Assembly: GCA_035473255.1 (NCBI GenBank)
Contig: DATIOK010000130.1
Span: 1,211-65,210, forward strand
Direction: 5' to 3'
From: Gaiellales bacterium
GTDB taxonomy: Bacteria; Actinomycetota; Thermoleophilia; Gaiellales; JAICJC01
DNA: 64,000 bases
Of the stretch, positions 10,697 through 19,285 are shown one piece after another. The position numbers and the translations under genes were made by a program. Position 1 is the stretch's first letter. Every line of letters starts with the position of its first letter. The notes below the pieces were generated by a model. The model was not told the DNA's origin. It saw only the letters and a list, made by a program, of their open reading frames with translations, and did not search any database.

Positions 10697-11818
10697 TCAG
10701 GCGAAGATCACCTGAGGCGTGTGCGGGATCTCCCGCTCGCGCTGCAAGAGCGGCGGCATCAGCACCCGCGTGTCGCGCAGCCGCTGGCCGTTCTCGGCGT
10801 CGGCCATGCGCACCGTCCAGACGTCGTCGGGCCACAGCAGCCGCACGCTGCGCTCGCGTGTGTCGTAACGGGCCGTGTACACCGTGCCCCACGTGTGTTC
10901 CGCCGAGTTGCGCTGCACCGGCTCGCTCAGGAACACCTGCTCCAGCCGGTCGAGGGTCATCGCCGGGTCGGCCAGGGCGTCGGCCAGCACCGCCTCCCGC
11001 CGCTCCGTCTCTGTCAGCGCCGCGTGCTCGGGCCACTCGGTGGCTCCCTGCCGGTTGCCGGCACAGAGGCCGCCGTGCTCGATCACCGGCGCCCGATCCG
11101 GCGCCACCCGCACCAGCGCCGCCTGGCCAGAGGCGTCCACCAGGGCGATGTTGTAGGACAGGTTGACCGGCACCGCCGCCACAGCCTCGAGCGCCTGCGG
11201 CACGTCCGCGCACTGCTCCAGGATGTAGCGCAGCAGCAGCGTCACCGCGAAGCCGCGGCCGACCGCGCGGCGCCCGCCGAAGGCCAGCGCCACCGCCAGG
11301 CCGTCCTCGTTGACGCCGTCCAGCGCGCCCCACAGGCAATCGCTCATCGCCATCGTGCGCCGGGTCGAGATGGTCGTGGTCAGCAGCGTCGTTTCGCACA
11401 GGGCCGGGGCGTAGTCGTAGCTGCGCAGGAGCGACGGGTTGCCGTCGCGCGTCCAGGCCGCCAGCGAGCAGGCCGCCAGGAACGGCGGCGGGTCCCACAG
11501 CGATAGGAACCGTGCCTCCAGGTCGCCGCCGCCGACCAGGTCGACCAGGCCCTCGTAGGCGGGCACCAGCTCGGGGACGTGCGTGCGCACGGCCCGCAGG
11601 CAGCCGGCGTACGACGATCGCTCCTGTTCGCCGTCGCGCAGGAACCAGCGCCGGTAGGCGGGCCACCACAGGTCGAACAGCTCGCGCAGCCTCTGGCCCG
11701 GTCGCTCCTCGACGACCGAGCGGAAGGTGACGGCCGTGGCGCGCGGCCCGTCGTCCTCCCCGCGGCGGGGCACATCGGCGCTCATCCCCATATTGTACTT
11801 GTGCACCCGGCCGATCAC
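10697..11818 (-). CDS. C45-family Ntn hydrolase / acyl-CoA:6-APA acyltransferase-like protein
   Basis: 373-aa ORF with a C45-like core (CSLAAW, GVNEDGLAVAL, NIALVDASG). Start is uncertain: GTG 11818, ATG 11791 or ATG 11785. Confidence 0.65.
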   Translation of the reverse strand: MIGRVHKYNMGMSADVPRRGEDDGPRATAVTFRSVVEERPGQRLRELFDLWWPAYRRWFLRDGEQERSSYAGCLRAVRTHVPELVPAYEGLVDLVGGGDLEARFLSLWDPPPFLAACSLAAWTRDGNPSLLRSYDYAPALCETTLLTTTISTRRTMAMSDCLWGALDGVNEDGLAVALAFGGRRAVGRGFAVTLLLRYILEQCADVPQALEAVAAVPVNLSYNIALVDASGQAALVRVAPDRAPVIEHGGLCAGNRQGATEWPEHAALTETERREAVLADALADPAMTLDRLEQVFLSEPVQRNSAEHTWGTVYTARYDTRERSVRLLWPDDVWTVRMADAENGQRLRDTRVLMPPLLQREREIPHTPQVIFA

Positions 11819-11859
11819 GCCCTCGACGCGGTGACCGAAAGGCTCACTAGCATGCGTCG

Positions 11860-13299
11860 ATGCGACTGGAGGAGTACGCGGCGCACGACGCTCTGGCGCT
11901 GGCAGAGCTGGTGCGGGAGGGGCAGGTGACGCCGGCCGAGCTGGCCCATCTGGCCGTGCGCGGGGCGGAGCGGACCGAGCCTCGCCTGGGCGCGATTGCG
12001 GGGCTGTATGACGATGCGGTGGAGTCGGCAGAGGCCGCGGAGCCGGGGCCGTTTCACGGCGTCCCGGTGCTGCTGAAGGATCTGTTCCACGGCGACGCCG
12101 GGCGGGCCACCGAGGCCGGCAGCCGCCTGGCCGAGGGATGGGTGGCGCAGGTGCAGTCGGAGCTGGTGCGACGGGTGCGGGCTTGCGGCATGGTGCCGGT
12201 CGGCCGCGCCACCACCTCCGAGTTCGGGGTGATGGGCACCACCGAGACGGTCGCCTGCGGCCCCACCAGCACGCCCTGGAGCGGTGACCACATGGCCGGC
12301 GGCTCCAGCGGCGGATCCGGCGCCGCGGTGGGCGCGGGAATCGTGCCGATCGCGACCGGCTCGGACGGCGGCGGCTCGATCAGGATCCCGGCATCGGCCT
12401 GCGGCGTGGTCGGCCTGAAGACCTCGCGGGGTCGTGTCACCTGGGCTCCGGCCGCGGGCGAGCCGCTGCTGGGCTGGGCGGTGCACCACGTGCTGACCCG
12501 GTCGCTGCGCGACACCGCCGCCTGCCTGGACGAGCTGGCCACGCCGTACCCCGGCGAGTCCTTCACACTGACGGGTCCGCCCGACGGCGGCTGGCTCGAC
12601 CAGCTGCAGCTGCAGCCCGGCCCGCTGCGCATCGCCTTCTGCTGGCAGCCGTGGTCCGGCGCCGAGGTGGTGGCCGAGATCCGGGCCGCCTGCGAGGCGA
12701 CGGCGACGCTGCTGTCCGGTCTCGGGCACGAGCTGATCGAGGCCTCGCCGCAGTTCTCCTGGGAGCAGTTCCTGGACGCGATGACCGTGATCTGGTCGTC
12801 CACCACCGCCCAGACCGTCGACGGGTTCGCCCAGGCGGTGGGCCGCGAGCCGAGCCCCGACAACCTCGAGCTCCCCACCTTCCGGATGGTCGAGTTCGGC
12901 CGCGCGGTGAAGGTCGGCGAGCTGCTGAACGCGATCGACTCGGCGGGATATGTGAGCCGGCAGGTGCGCGGCTTCTTCGAGGACTACGACGTGCTGCTGA
13001 CCCCTACGCTGGGAGCGCTGCCCGCCAGGCTCGGCACCTACCGGCCGGACGAGGAGCTCGAGCCCAAGCAGCTGTTCGGCTCGTGGGCGCACCTGGAGTC
13101 GTTCCTGCCGGTGTTCAACGCCTCCGGCCAGCCGGCCATCAGCCTGCCGCTGCACATGAGCGAGCAGGGGCTGCCGATCGGGATGCAGCTGGTCGGCCGG
13201 GTCGGGGCCGAAGCCACGCTGCTGCGCGTTTCCGCCCAGTTGGAGCAGGCGCTGCCGTGGGCGGCGCGGGTGCCGCCCCTCCACGTTTCCGATGGCTAG
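11860..13299 (+). CDS. amidase (amidase-signature family)
   Basis: 479-aa ORF with the AS motif GGSSGGSGAAVGAG and a catalytic Ser/Lys context. Divergent from the C45 gene across 41 bp. Confidence 0.9.
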   Translation: MRLEEYAAHDALALAELVREGQVTPAELAHLAVRGAERTEPRLGAIAGLYDDAVESAEAAEPGPFHGVPVLLKDLFHGDAGRATEAGSRLAEGWVAQVQSELVRRVRACGMVPVGRATTSEFGVMGTTETVACGPTSTPWSGDHMAGGSSGGSGAAVGAGIVPIATGSDGGGSIRIPASACGVVGLKTSRGRVTWAPAAGEPLLGWAVHHVLTRSLRDTAACLDELATPYPGESFTLTGPPDGGWLDQLQLQPGPLRIAFCWQPWSGAEVVAEIRAACEATATLLSGLGHELIEASPQFSWEQFLDAMTVIWSSTTAQTVDGFAQAVGREPSPDNLELPTFRMVEFGRAVKVGELLNAIDSAGYVSRQVRGFFEDYDVLLTPTLGALPARLGTYRPDEELEPKQLFGSWAHLESFLPVFNASGQPAISLPLHMSEQGLPIGMQLVGRVGAEATLLRVSAQLEQALPWAARVPPLHVSDG

Positions 13300-13969
13300 C
13301 GGCGATCACAGCCGTCCGGTGGTTGTCGACCGTCGGGACACGCCGCGCGGCGAGCTGGTGCTGCGCCGTGCCGGCTCTCACCACGAAGTGATCGCGAACG
13401 GCACCTTCATGATGGACACGCGCGACGGCCGCTCGGAGCGGGCTCTGGTGCGCGAGGCGCTGGCCGGCCTGGCGGACGCCCGGCTGCTGCTGGGCGGCCT
13501 CGGCGTCGGCTTCTCGCTGGACGAGGCGCTGCGCGGCGACCGCGTCTCGGACGTGGTCGTGATCGAGCTCGAGCCGGCCGTGGTCGAGTGGGCCGGCACA
13601 CATCTGCGCCGCCTCAACCGCCACGGCGTGAACGACCACCGCGTGCGGCTGGTGGTGGGCGACCTGCGCAGGCAGCTCGGCCGGCTGGGCTGTGAGTTCG
13701 ACGCCATCTGCCTGGACGTCGACAACGGGCCGGGCTGGCTCGTGCACGAGGCCAACGCGGAGCTCTACAGTGACGACGGCCTCGAGTCGCTGGCGGGGCT
13801 GCTGCGGCCGGGTGGCCGCCTTGCGGTGTGGGCCTCGGCGCCCGACCTCGAGTTCGAGCGCCGGCTGCGCGCGCGGTTCGCGGTGGTGCGCACCGTCACG
13901 GTCGACGTCGCCCGCGGCCCGGCGGACGTGATGTACATAGCTTCTCTACCCAAAGCCGACGGCGGTTGA
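13292..13969 (+). CDS. spermidine synthase-like SAM-dependent transferase
   Basis: 225-aa ORF overlapping the amidase stop by 8 nt. It has an LLLGGLGVGFS GxGxG motif and an aminopropyltransferase-like layout. Confidence 0.65.
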   Translation: MASGDHSRPVVVDRRDTPRGELVLRRAGSHHEVIANGTFMMDTRDGRSERALVREALAGLADARLLLGGLGVGFSLDEALRGDRVSDVVVIELEPAVVEWAGTHLRRLNRHGVNDHRVRLVVGDLRRQLGRLGCEFDAICLDVDNGPGWLVHEANAELYSDDGLESLAGLLRPGGRLAVWASAPDLEFERRLRARFAVVRTVTVDVARGPADVMYIASLPKADGG

Positions 13970-14956
13970 CGCCGGCAGCGGGCTGCGCGGCAGGTCGTCG
14001 CGCGGCGTGCCCAGGTTGTAGTCCGACGGCGCCACGTCGTTGGGCGTGTCCGCGTAAAAGACGCTGGCCAGCGTCTGGATCTGCGAGCGTCCGCGGTCGA
14101 GTTCGAACTGGCCGCCGCCGTACATGCGGATGCCGCGCTGCTCGCAGGCATCGATGCACTCCAGCAGACGCCGCACGCTCCCGAAGCGGGACGGCTTGAT
14201 GTTCATCCAGCGCGGATCCACCGGTAACGCGTCGACGTCGGCCAGCGAGTGGATGGGCGCGTCGAAGCTGAGGCGGTCGAGCGCTCCCGACAGCGCCTCG
14301 CGGCATTCGCCGTCCAGGGCGGCGTCCTCGATCACGGCGTCGGGGAAGCGCTCGGCCAGCATCCGATAGAGCACCGGATCGGGAGCCACGTCCACGGGGG
14401 TGCCCGTGTAGTAGGCCTTGAAGTCGAGCACGCGCACGCGGCCGGAGGCGGCCAGCGTCGCGATCAGCGGCTCGTCCCACGTCGGCTCGGGGTCGAGCTT
14501 GAACTCGAGCTGCGGGTCGAACTCGAGCCAGGGACCGATCTCACCCCGCGTCGAGAGCACGAAGCGCACCGGCCGCGCCTCGCGCCCGGCCGCGTCGGCC
14601 AGCGACCGCCCCGCCTGCTGCAGGCCCAGGTCGAGCGCCGCGCTCTCGAACGCCCAGCGGCGGTAGTCGCGCGACGCGTCCATCTCCGGCGGGGTGCCGG
14701 GGAACAGGTCGTGGGGGTCGATCAGCTGCGACAGCTCGTCCAGGCTGTGCCGTCCGGCCAGCTGCAGGTCGGCCGGGAAGCCGTCGTGATCGCCGGCGGT
14801 GTAGGTGACATCCTCGCCCACGCCCGTGTGGCCGGCGCCCTCCATCACCACCAGCGTTGTCACGCGGGTAAACTCGGTCGAGACCTGTGTCTCACGCCGC
14901 TCAAGCCGGTAGTGCTCGAGGTCGATCGGCAGATCGGCAAGGCGGTCGTAGAGCAC
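13946..14956 (-). CDS. enolase-superfamily (mandelate racemase/muconate lactonizing-like) protein
   Basis: 336-aa ORF. The C-terminal barrel motif MYGGGQFELDRGRSQIQTLA and acidic ligand-like positions are present. The family call is tentative. Confidence 0.55.
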   Translation of the reverse strand: MLYDRLADLPIDLEHYRLERRETQVSTEFTRVTTLVVMEGAGHTGVGEDVTYTAGDHDGFPADLQLAGRHSLDELSQLIDPHDLFPGTPPEMDASRDYRRWAFESAALDLGLQQAGRSLADAAGREARPVRFVLSTRGEIGPWLEFDPQLEFKLDPEPTWDEPLIATLAASGRVRVLDFKAYYTGTPVDVAPDPVLYRMLAERFPDAVIEDAALDGECREALSGALDRLSFDAPIHSLADVDALPVDPRWMNIKPSRFGSVRRLLECIDACEQRGIRMYGGGQFELDRGRSQIQTLASVFYADTPNDVAPSDYNLGTPRDDLPRSPLPASTAVGFG

Positions 14957-14977
14957 GCCGCCAGCATAGCCGCCGGC

Positions 14978-16774
14978 TCAGGCTGCGTTGGAGCTCTGGC
15001 GTCGGCGCGAGAGCCAGTCCGTTGCCTGAGCGGACGGCATCGGCTGCGCCAGAACGAAACCCTGTACCTCGTCGCAGCCTGCCAGCCGCAGGCGCTCCCA
15101 CACGGCCATATCCTCGGCGCCCTCCGCCACGACCCGCAGGCCGAGGTTGTGGGCGAGATCGACCACGGCGTGCACGATGGTGGCGTCGTGTTCGTTGTCG
15201 GTCATCCCCAGCACGAACGAGCGGTCGATCTTGAGCGCATGCACGGGCAGGTTCTTCAGGTAGGCGAGGCTCGAGTAGCCGGCGCCGAAGTCGTCGATGG
15301 TGGTGGTGGGGCCGAGCTCGCCGATGCGCGTGACGATGGCGCGCGCCCGGGCCGGGTCGGCGGTCAGCACGCTCTCGGTGATCTCCACCTCCAGCAACTC
15401 GGACGCCACCTTGGCCTCGTGCAGGGCCCTCTCGATCTCGTCGGGCAGCCGCACGTCGATCAGGTCGCGGGCCGAGAGGTTGACCGATACCGGCATCACG
15501 AGGCCCATCCGCTTCCAGTCGGCGACCTGGCGCAGTGCGGTCTTCAGCACCCACATCGAGAGCAGGTTGATCAACCCGCTGCGCTCGGCCAGCGGGATGA
15601 ACTGGTCGGGGCTGATCATGCCGCGGTCGGGATGCTTCCAGCGCACCAGCGCCTCGACACCGGAGATGTCCCCGGTGCGGAGGGTTGCCTTGGGCTGGTA
15701 GTAGAGGCTCAGCTGGCCGCCCTCGATGGCCCGGCGCAGGTCGGAGGCGAGCGCCAGCTTCTGCGAGTTGTCGGCCTCCTGCTCCCGGGTGTGCATCGCG
15801 ATGCCGGTGTGGTTTCGCTTGGCCGCGTACATGGCGCTGTCGGCCCGCTGCAGCAGTCCGTCGTAGTCGGCCGCGTGCAACGGCGCCAGCGCGATGCCCA
15901 TGCTGGCGTCGATCTCGAGCGTCATGCCGGAGACGAGGAAGGGGCGGCGCAGCGACTCGCCTACGCGCATCGCCAGCTGCTCGGCGGTGACGGCGTCGGC
16001 CTGGCTGCGCAGGATTGCGAACTCGTCGCCCCCCAGCCGGGTCACGAGCGTGCTCTCGGTGGTGAACCCGGCCAGGCGCTCGCCGACCTGGCGCAGCAGC
16101 TGGTCGCCGGCGAAGTGCCCGAGCGTGTCGTTCACCTCCTTGAACTCGTTCAGGTCCATCAGGATCAGCGCCATCGCGTCGCCGTTCAGTCGCATGATCC
16201 GGCGCTGGGCCTCTTCGCGCAGCAGCACCCGGTTGGGCAGCCCGGTGAGCGCGTCATGGCGGGCCAGGTACTCGGTGTCGAGCGCGGGCGTGGCCGGCAG
16301 GCGCTGTGGCTTCCGGGCCTTTCGGGCCGGCAGCTGCGGGCGGCGCAGGTGCGGCAGCAGGCGCGCGATCGCGATCGCCGTGGCCGCTGCGGCCGCCACC
16401 GCAAGCAGCAGGCCGGCGATCACCATCTCGAGGTGCGCGAGGCCCGACAGCGGCGGCTTCGTGCTCAGGCGCAGGCTGGCGCCGCGGGGAAGCGGCATGG
16501 AACCGGCCGAGCTGGAGACTTTGCCGACGGTCGTCGGATGCCCGTTGCGTAGCCGCAGCTCGGCGCCGGTGATCGCGCCGGAGCCGAACGCCTGCGCAAG
16601 CACGAGCCGTGCCCCGGCCGTGTCCTTGTTGTGAAGACGGCGGCCGACCTGCCGCAGGATCGACGCCCGCTGGGCCGCCGCCTGCCCGTTTCCGCCCGCG
16701 TAGTAGCCGGCCGCCGAGGCACCCGCGAGCAGGCCGCCGATCACCAACATGATGAGGAAGCGCCGTAACAGCAT
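14978..16774 (-). CDS. membrane-bound GGDEF-EAL protein (diguanylate cyclase/phosphodiesterase)
   Basis: 598-aa ORF with two TM segments, RLGGDEF, and EALVRW plus DDFGAGYSSL EAL motifs. Confidence 0.9.
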   Translation of the reverse strand: MLLRRFLIMLVIGGLLAGASAAGYYAGGNGQAAAQRASILRQVGRRLHNKDTAGARLVLAQAFGSGAITGAELRLRNGHPTTVGKVSSSAGSMPLPRGASLRLSTKPPLSGLAHLEMVIAGLLLAVAAAAATAIAIARLLPHLRRPQLPARKARKPQRLPATPALDTEYLARHDALTGLPNRVLLREEAQRRIMRLNGDAMALILMDLNEFKEVNDTLGHFAGDQLLRQVGERLAGFTTESTLVTRLGGDEFAILRSQADAVTAEQLAMRVGESLRRPFLVSGMTLEIDASMGIALAPLHAADYDGLLQRADSAMYAAKRNHTGIAMHTREQEADNSQKLALASDLRRAIEGGQLSLYYQPKATLRTGDISGVEALVRWKHPDRGMISPDQFIPLAERSGLINLLSMWVLKTALRQVADWKRMGLVMPVSVNLSARDLIDVRLPDEIERALHEAKVASELLEVEITESVLTADPARARAIVTRIGELGPTTTIDDFGAGYSSLAYLKNLPVHALKIDRSFVLGMTDNEHDATIVHAVVDLAHNLGLRVVAEGAEDMAVWERLRLAGCDEVQGFVLAQPMPSAQATDWLSRRRQSSNAA

Positions 16775-16824
16775 CGTGAGCGTGATCTATCGGCGCTGCG
16801 GAATGGTGCCTGTAGGGTTGATGG

Positions 16825-17901
16825 ATGCCGCCCGATGAGCTGCAAACACCGTGTCTGGTGGTCGACCTCGACCGTCTCGAGCGGAATCTGCGCAGCTGGC
16901 AGGACGCGGTGGCAGCGCACGGGGTCCGCTTTCGGCCGCACATCAAGACCCACAAGACGCTCGAGATCGCCCGGATGCAGCTCGCGGCCGGCGCCGCGGG
17001 CATCACCACGGCCAAGGTCTCGGAGGCCGAGCTGTACGTCGATGCCGGCTTCGACGACGTGGTCGTCGCCTACCCGGTGGTGGCGGAGCTGGCCTGTGCG
17101 CGGCTGGCGCGGCTGGCTGCGCAGGCGCGCATCGGGGTGAACGTCGAGAACCACGAGGCCGCCCAGCGGCTGTCGAGCGCGGCTGTGGCCGAGGGCGCCG
17201 AGCTGGGCGTCTTCGTCGACCTCGACACCGGCCTCGGCCGCTGCGGCGTGCCCGCGGGCGAGCCTGCGCTGGTCGACGCGCTGGCCGACCGGGTGCGCGA
17301 GCTGCCGGGGCTGCGCCTGCGCGGCATCACCAGCTACCGGAGCATCGGCTACGCCGGCGGGGGCGGCGACGCGGCCGCTTCCGGCCGGGAGGAGGGCGAG
17401 ACGGTGGTCGCGGCCGCGCGGCGGCTGGGCCTGGACGAGGCGGCGGCCGGCAGCACGCCCACCGGCCGCGCGGTTGCCGCGGTGCCGGGGGTGACCGAGG
17501 TGCGGGCCGGCACCTACGTGTTCAACGACCTGATGCAGCTGGGGAACGGCTCCGCCCGGCCGCAGGATGTGGCGCTCTCGATCCTGACCACGGTCGTCAG
17601 CAGCAACCGCGAGGGGCGGGTGACGGTGGACGGCGGGTCGAAGACGTTCTCAGGCGACGTCGTGCTCGACGACGGCGGGCGCATGGTCGCTCGCAGCGTG
17701 GACGGCTCGATCGTGCTTGACGGGCTGACCGAGGAGCACGGCGTCGGGCGCACGTCACGGCCGGTGGCGGTGGGCGAGCGGATCGCGTTTCATCCCGCCC
17801 ACGTCTGCACCACGGTCAACCTCAGCGGCCAGCTGTTCGCGGTGCGCGACGGCCGGGTCGAGGCGGTCTGGCCGGTGGCCGCGCGCGGCCTGCGAACGTA
17901 G
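16825..17901 (+). CDS. D-serine dehydratase-like / D-threonine aldolase-like PLP enzyme (alanine racemase N-fold)
   Basis: 358-aa ORF with PHIKTHK (PLP lysine) near the N-terminus and the typical DSD1-family layout. Confidence 0.8.
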   Translation: MPPDELQTPCLVVDLDRLERNLRSWQDAVAAHGVRFRPHIKTHKTLEIARMQLAAGAAGITTAKVSEAELYVDAGFDDVVVAYPVVAELACARLARLAAQARIGVNVENHEAAQRLSSAAVAEGAELGVFVDLDTGLGRCGVPAGEPALVDALADRVRELPGLRLRGITSYRSIGYAGGGGDAAASGREEGETVVAAARRLGLDEAAAGSTPTGRAVAAVPGVTEVRAGTYVFNDLMQLGNGSARPQDVALSILTTVVSSNREGRVTVDGGSKTFSGDVVLDDGGRMVARSVDGSIVLDGLTEEHGVGRTSRPVAVGERIAFHPAHVCTTVNLSGQLFAVRDGRVEAVWPVAARGLRT

Positions 17902-17903
17902 CA

Positions 17904-18371
17904 TCAGCGCTGCGTAGCTGCCGCCTGCACCGCGCGGACGATGCCCGAGTAGCCGGTGCAGCGGCAGAGGTTGCCGGACAGCGCCAGGCGGATCTCGTCC
18001 TCGTCGGGCGAGGGGTTGCGGTCGAGCAGCGCCTTCGCCGAGATCAGCATGCCGGGCGTGCAGAATCCGCACTGGACGCCGCCCTGGTCGAGGAAGGCCT
18101 GTTGCAGCGGGTGCAGCTGACCGTCCTCGCCGGCAAGGCCCTCGATGGTGACGATCTCGCGGCCGTCGGCCTGCAGCGCCAGGTACGAGCAGGAGTTGAC
18201 CGGCTGGCCGTCCAGCAACACCATGCAGGCACCGCACTCGGAGTCGTCGCATCCCTCCTTGGCGCCGGTCAGCCCGACCTCGCCGCGCAGCACCGACAGC
18301 AGGTTTCGGCCCGGCTCGATCGCGACCGGGTAGGCGCGGCCGTTCACGTTCAGGGTGGCGTCGTACCTCAT
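17904..18371 (-). CDS. (2Fe-2S)-binding small subunit of a xanthine dehydrogenase-family molybdoenzyme
   Basis: Tail of ORF 17904..19037 from the ATG at 18371. Motifs: [32 protein letters not shown] overlap with the upstream subunit. Confidence 0.9.
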   Translation of the reverse strand: MRYDATLNVNGRAYPVAIEPGRNLLSVLRGEVGLTGAKEGCDDSECGACMVLLDGQPVNSCSYLALQADGREIVTIEGLAGEDGQLHPLQQAFLDQGGVQCGFCTPGMLISAKALLDRNPSPDEDEIRLALSGNLCRCTGYSGIVRAVQAAATQR

Positions 18372-19285
18372 GGTGCTCCTCCGTTGACCGCACCGTGGAG
18401 GGCGGGGCTGGCTGGGATCGGGAACCGCCCGCCGCGGGCGCGGGCGATCGCGGTGCTGATCGCGCGCCGGGTCAGCACGGCGGCCATCGCCCGCCGGTAG
18501 TCGGCCGAACCGCGCACGTCGGAGATCGGCCGCGAGGCGCCCGCCGCGGCATCCGCCGCCGCCTGCACGGCGGCGTCCGAGGCGTCGCTGCCGTTGAGGG
18601 CCTGCTCGGCCTCGGCCACGCGGTGGATGGTGGGCGCCAGAGCGGTGATGGCGATGCGCGCATCGCGCACGGTGCCGCCGTCGAGCGTGACCACCGCGGT
18701 CGCGCCCACGATCGCGATCTCCATCTGGCGGCGGTACTCGAGCCGCGCGTAGCAGCTGCCGGTTCCGTCCTTCGGGGCGGGGATGGCCAGCTCGGTCAGC
18801 AGCTCGCCGGGCTCGGCCACGGTGCGACCGGGGCCGGTCAGCAGGTCGGCCAGCGCCACCCGGCGGGTGCCCGACGCCGAGCGCAGCGTGGCGATCGCGT
18901 CGAAGCAGATCAGCGGGCCGCCGGTCTCCATGGCCGGCGAGGCGTTCATGACGTTGCCGCCGATGGTGCCGGCGTTGCGGGTGGCGTGGCTGCCCACGAT
19001 CGCGGATGCGTCCGCCAGGGCGGTGAACAGCTCGCATACGGTGCTCGAGGCGACGAGGTCGGCGTGGGTGGCGAGCGCGCCCAGCACCAGCCCGCCGTCC
19101 TGTTCCCGGATCCCGCGCAGCTCGGACACGCGGTGGATCGCGACCAGGGCGTCCGGCAGCGGCGCCTTGCCGCCGCGCGCGCCGACCACCAGGTCGGTGC
19201 CGCCGGCGATCGGCCGCGCGCCGGCGGCCATCGCCTCCAGCGCCTCGTCGACCGAGGTGGCGGCCGTGTAGCTCTGCGCGCTCAT
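18368..19285 (-). CDS. FAD-binding medium subunit (CoxM/XdhB-like)
   Basis: ATG at 19285 (MSAQSYTAATSVDEALEAM) with an AGGTDL FAD motif. ATGA overlaps at both ends. Confidence 0.85.
   Translation of the reverse strand: MSAQSYTAATSVDEALEAMAAGARPIAGGTDLVVGARGGKAPLPDALVAIHRVSELRGIREQDGGLVLGALATHADLVASSTVCELFTALADASAIVGSHATRNAGTIGGNVMNASPAMETGGPLICFDAIATLRSASGTRRVALADLLTGPGRTVAEPGELLTELAIPAPKDGTGSCYARLEYRRQMEIAIVGATAVVTLDGGTVRDARIAITALAPTIHRVAEAEQALNGSDASDAAVQAAADAAAGASRPISDVRGSADYRRAMAAVLTRRAISTAIARARGGRFPIPASPALHGAVNGGAP

Noticed and set aside
8533-11166. 877-aa plus-strand ORF
   Set aside because: It is antisense to the GST, ATP-grasp and C45 genes, all of which have clear motifs. Its composition is the typical high-GC artefact.
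14249-16552. 767-aa plus-strand ORF
   Set aside because: It is antisense to the enolase-family and GGDEF-EAL genes, and its translation has no motifs.
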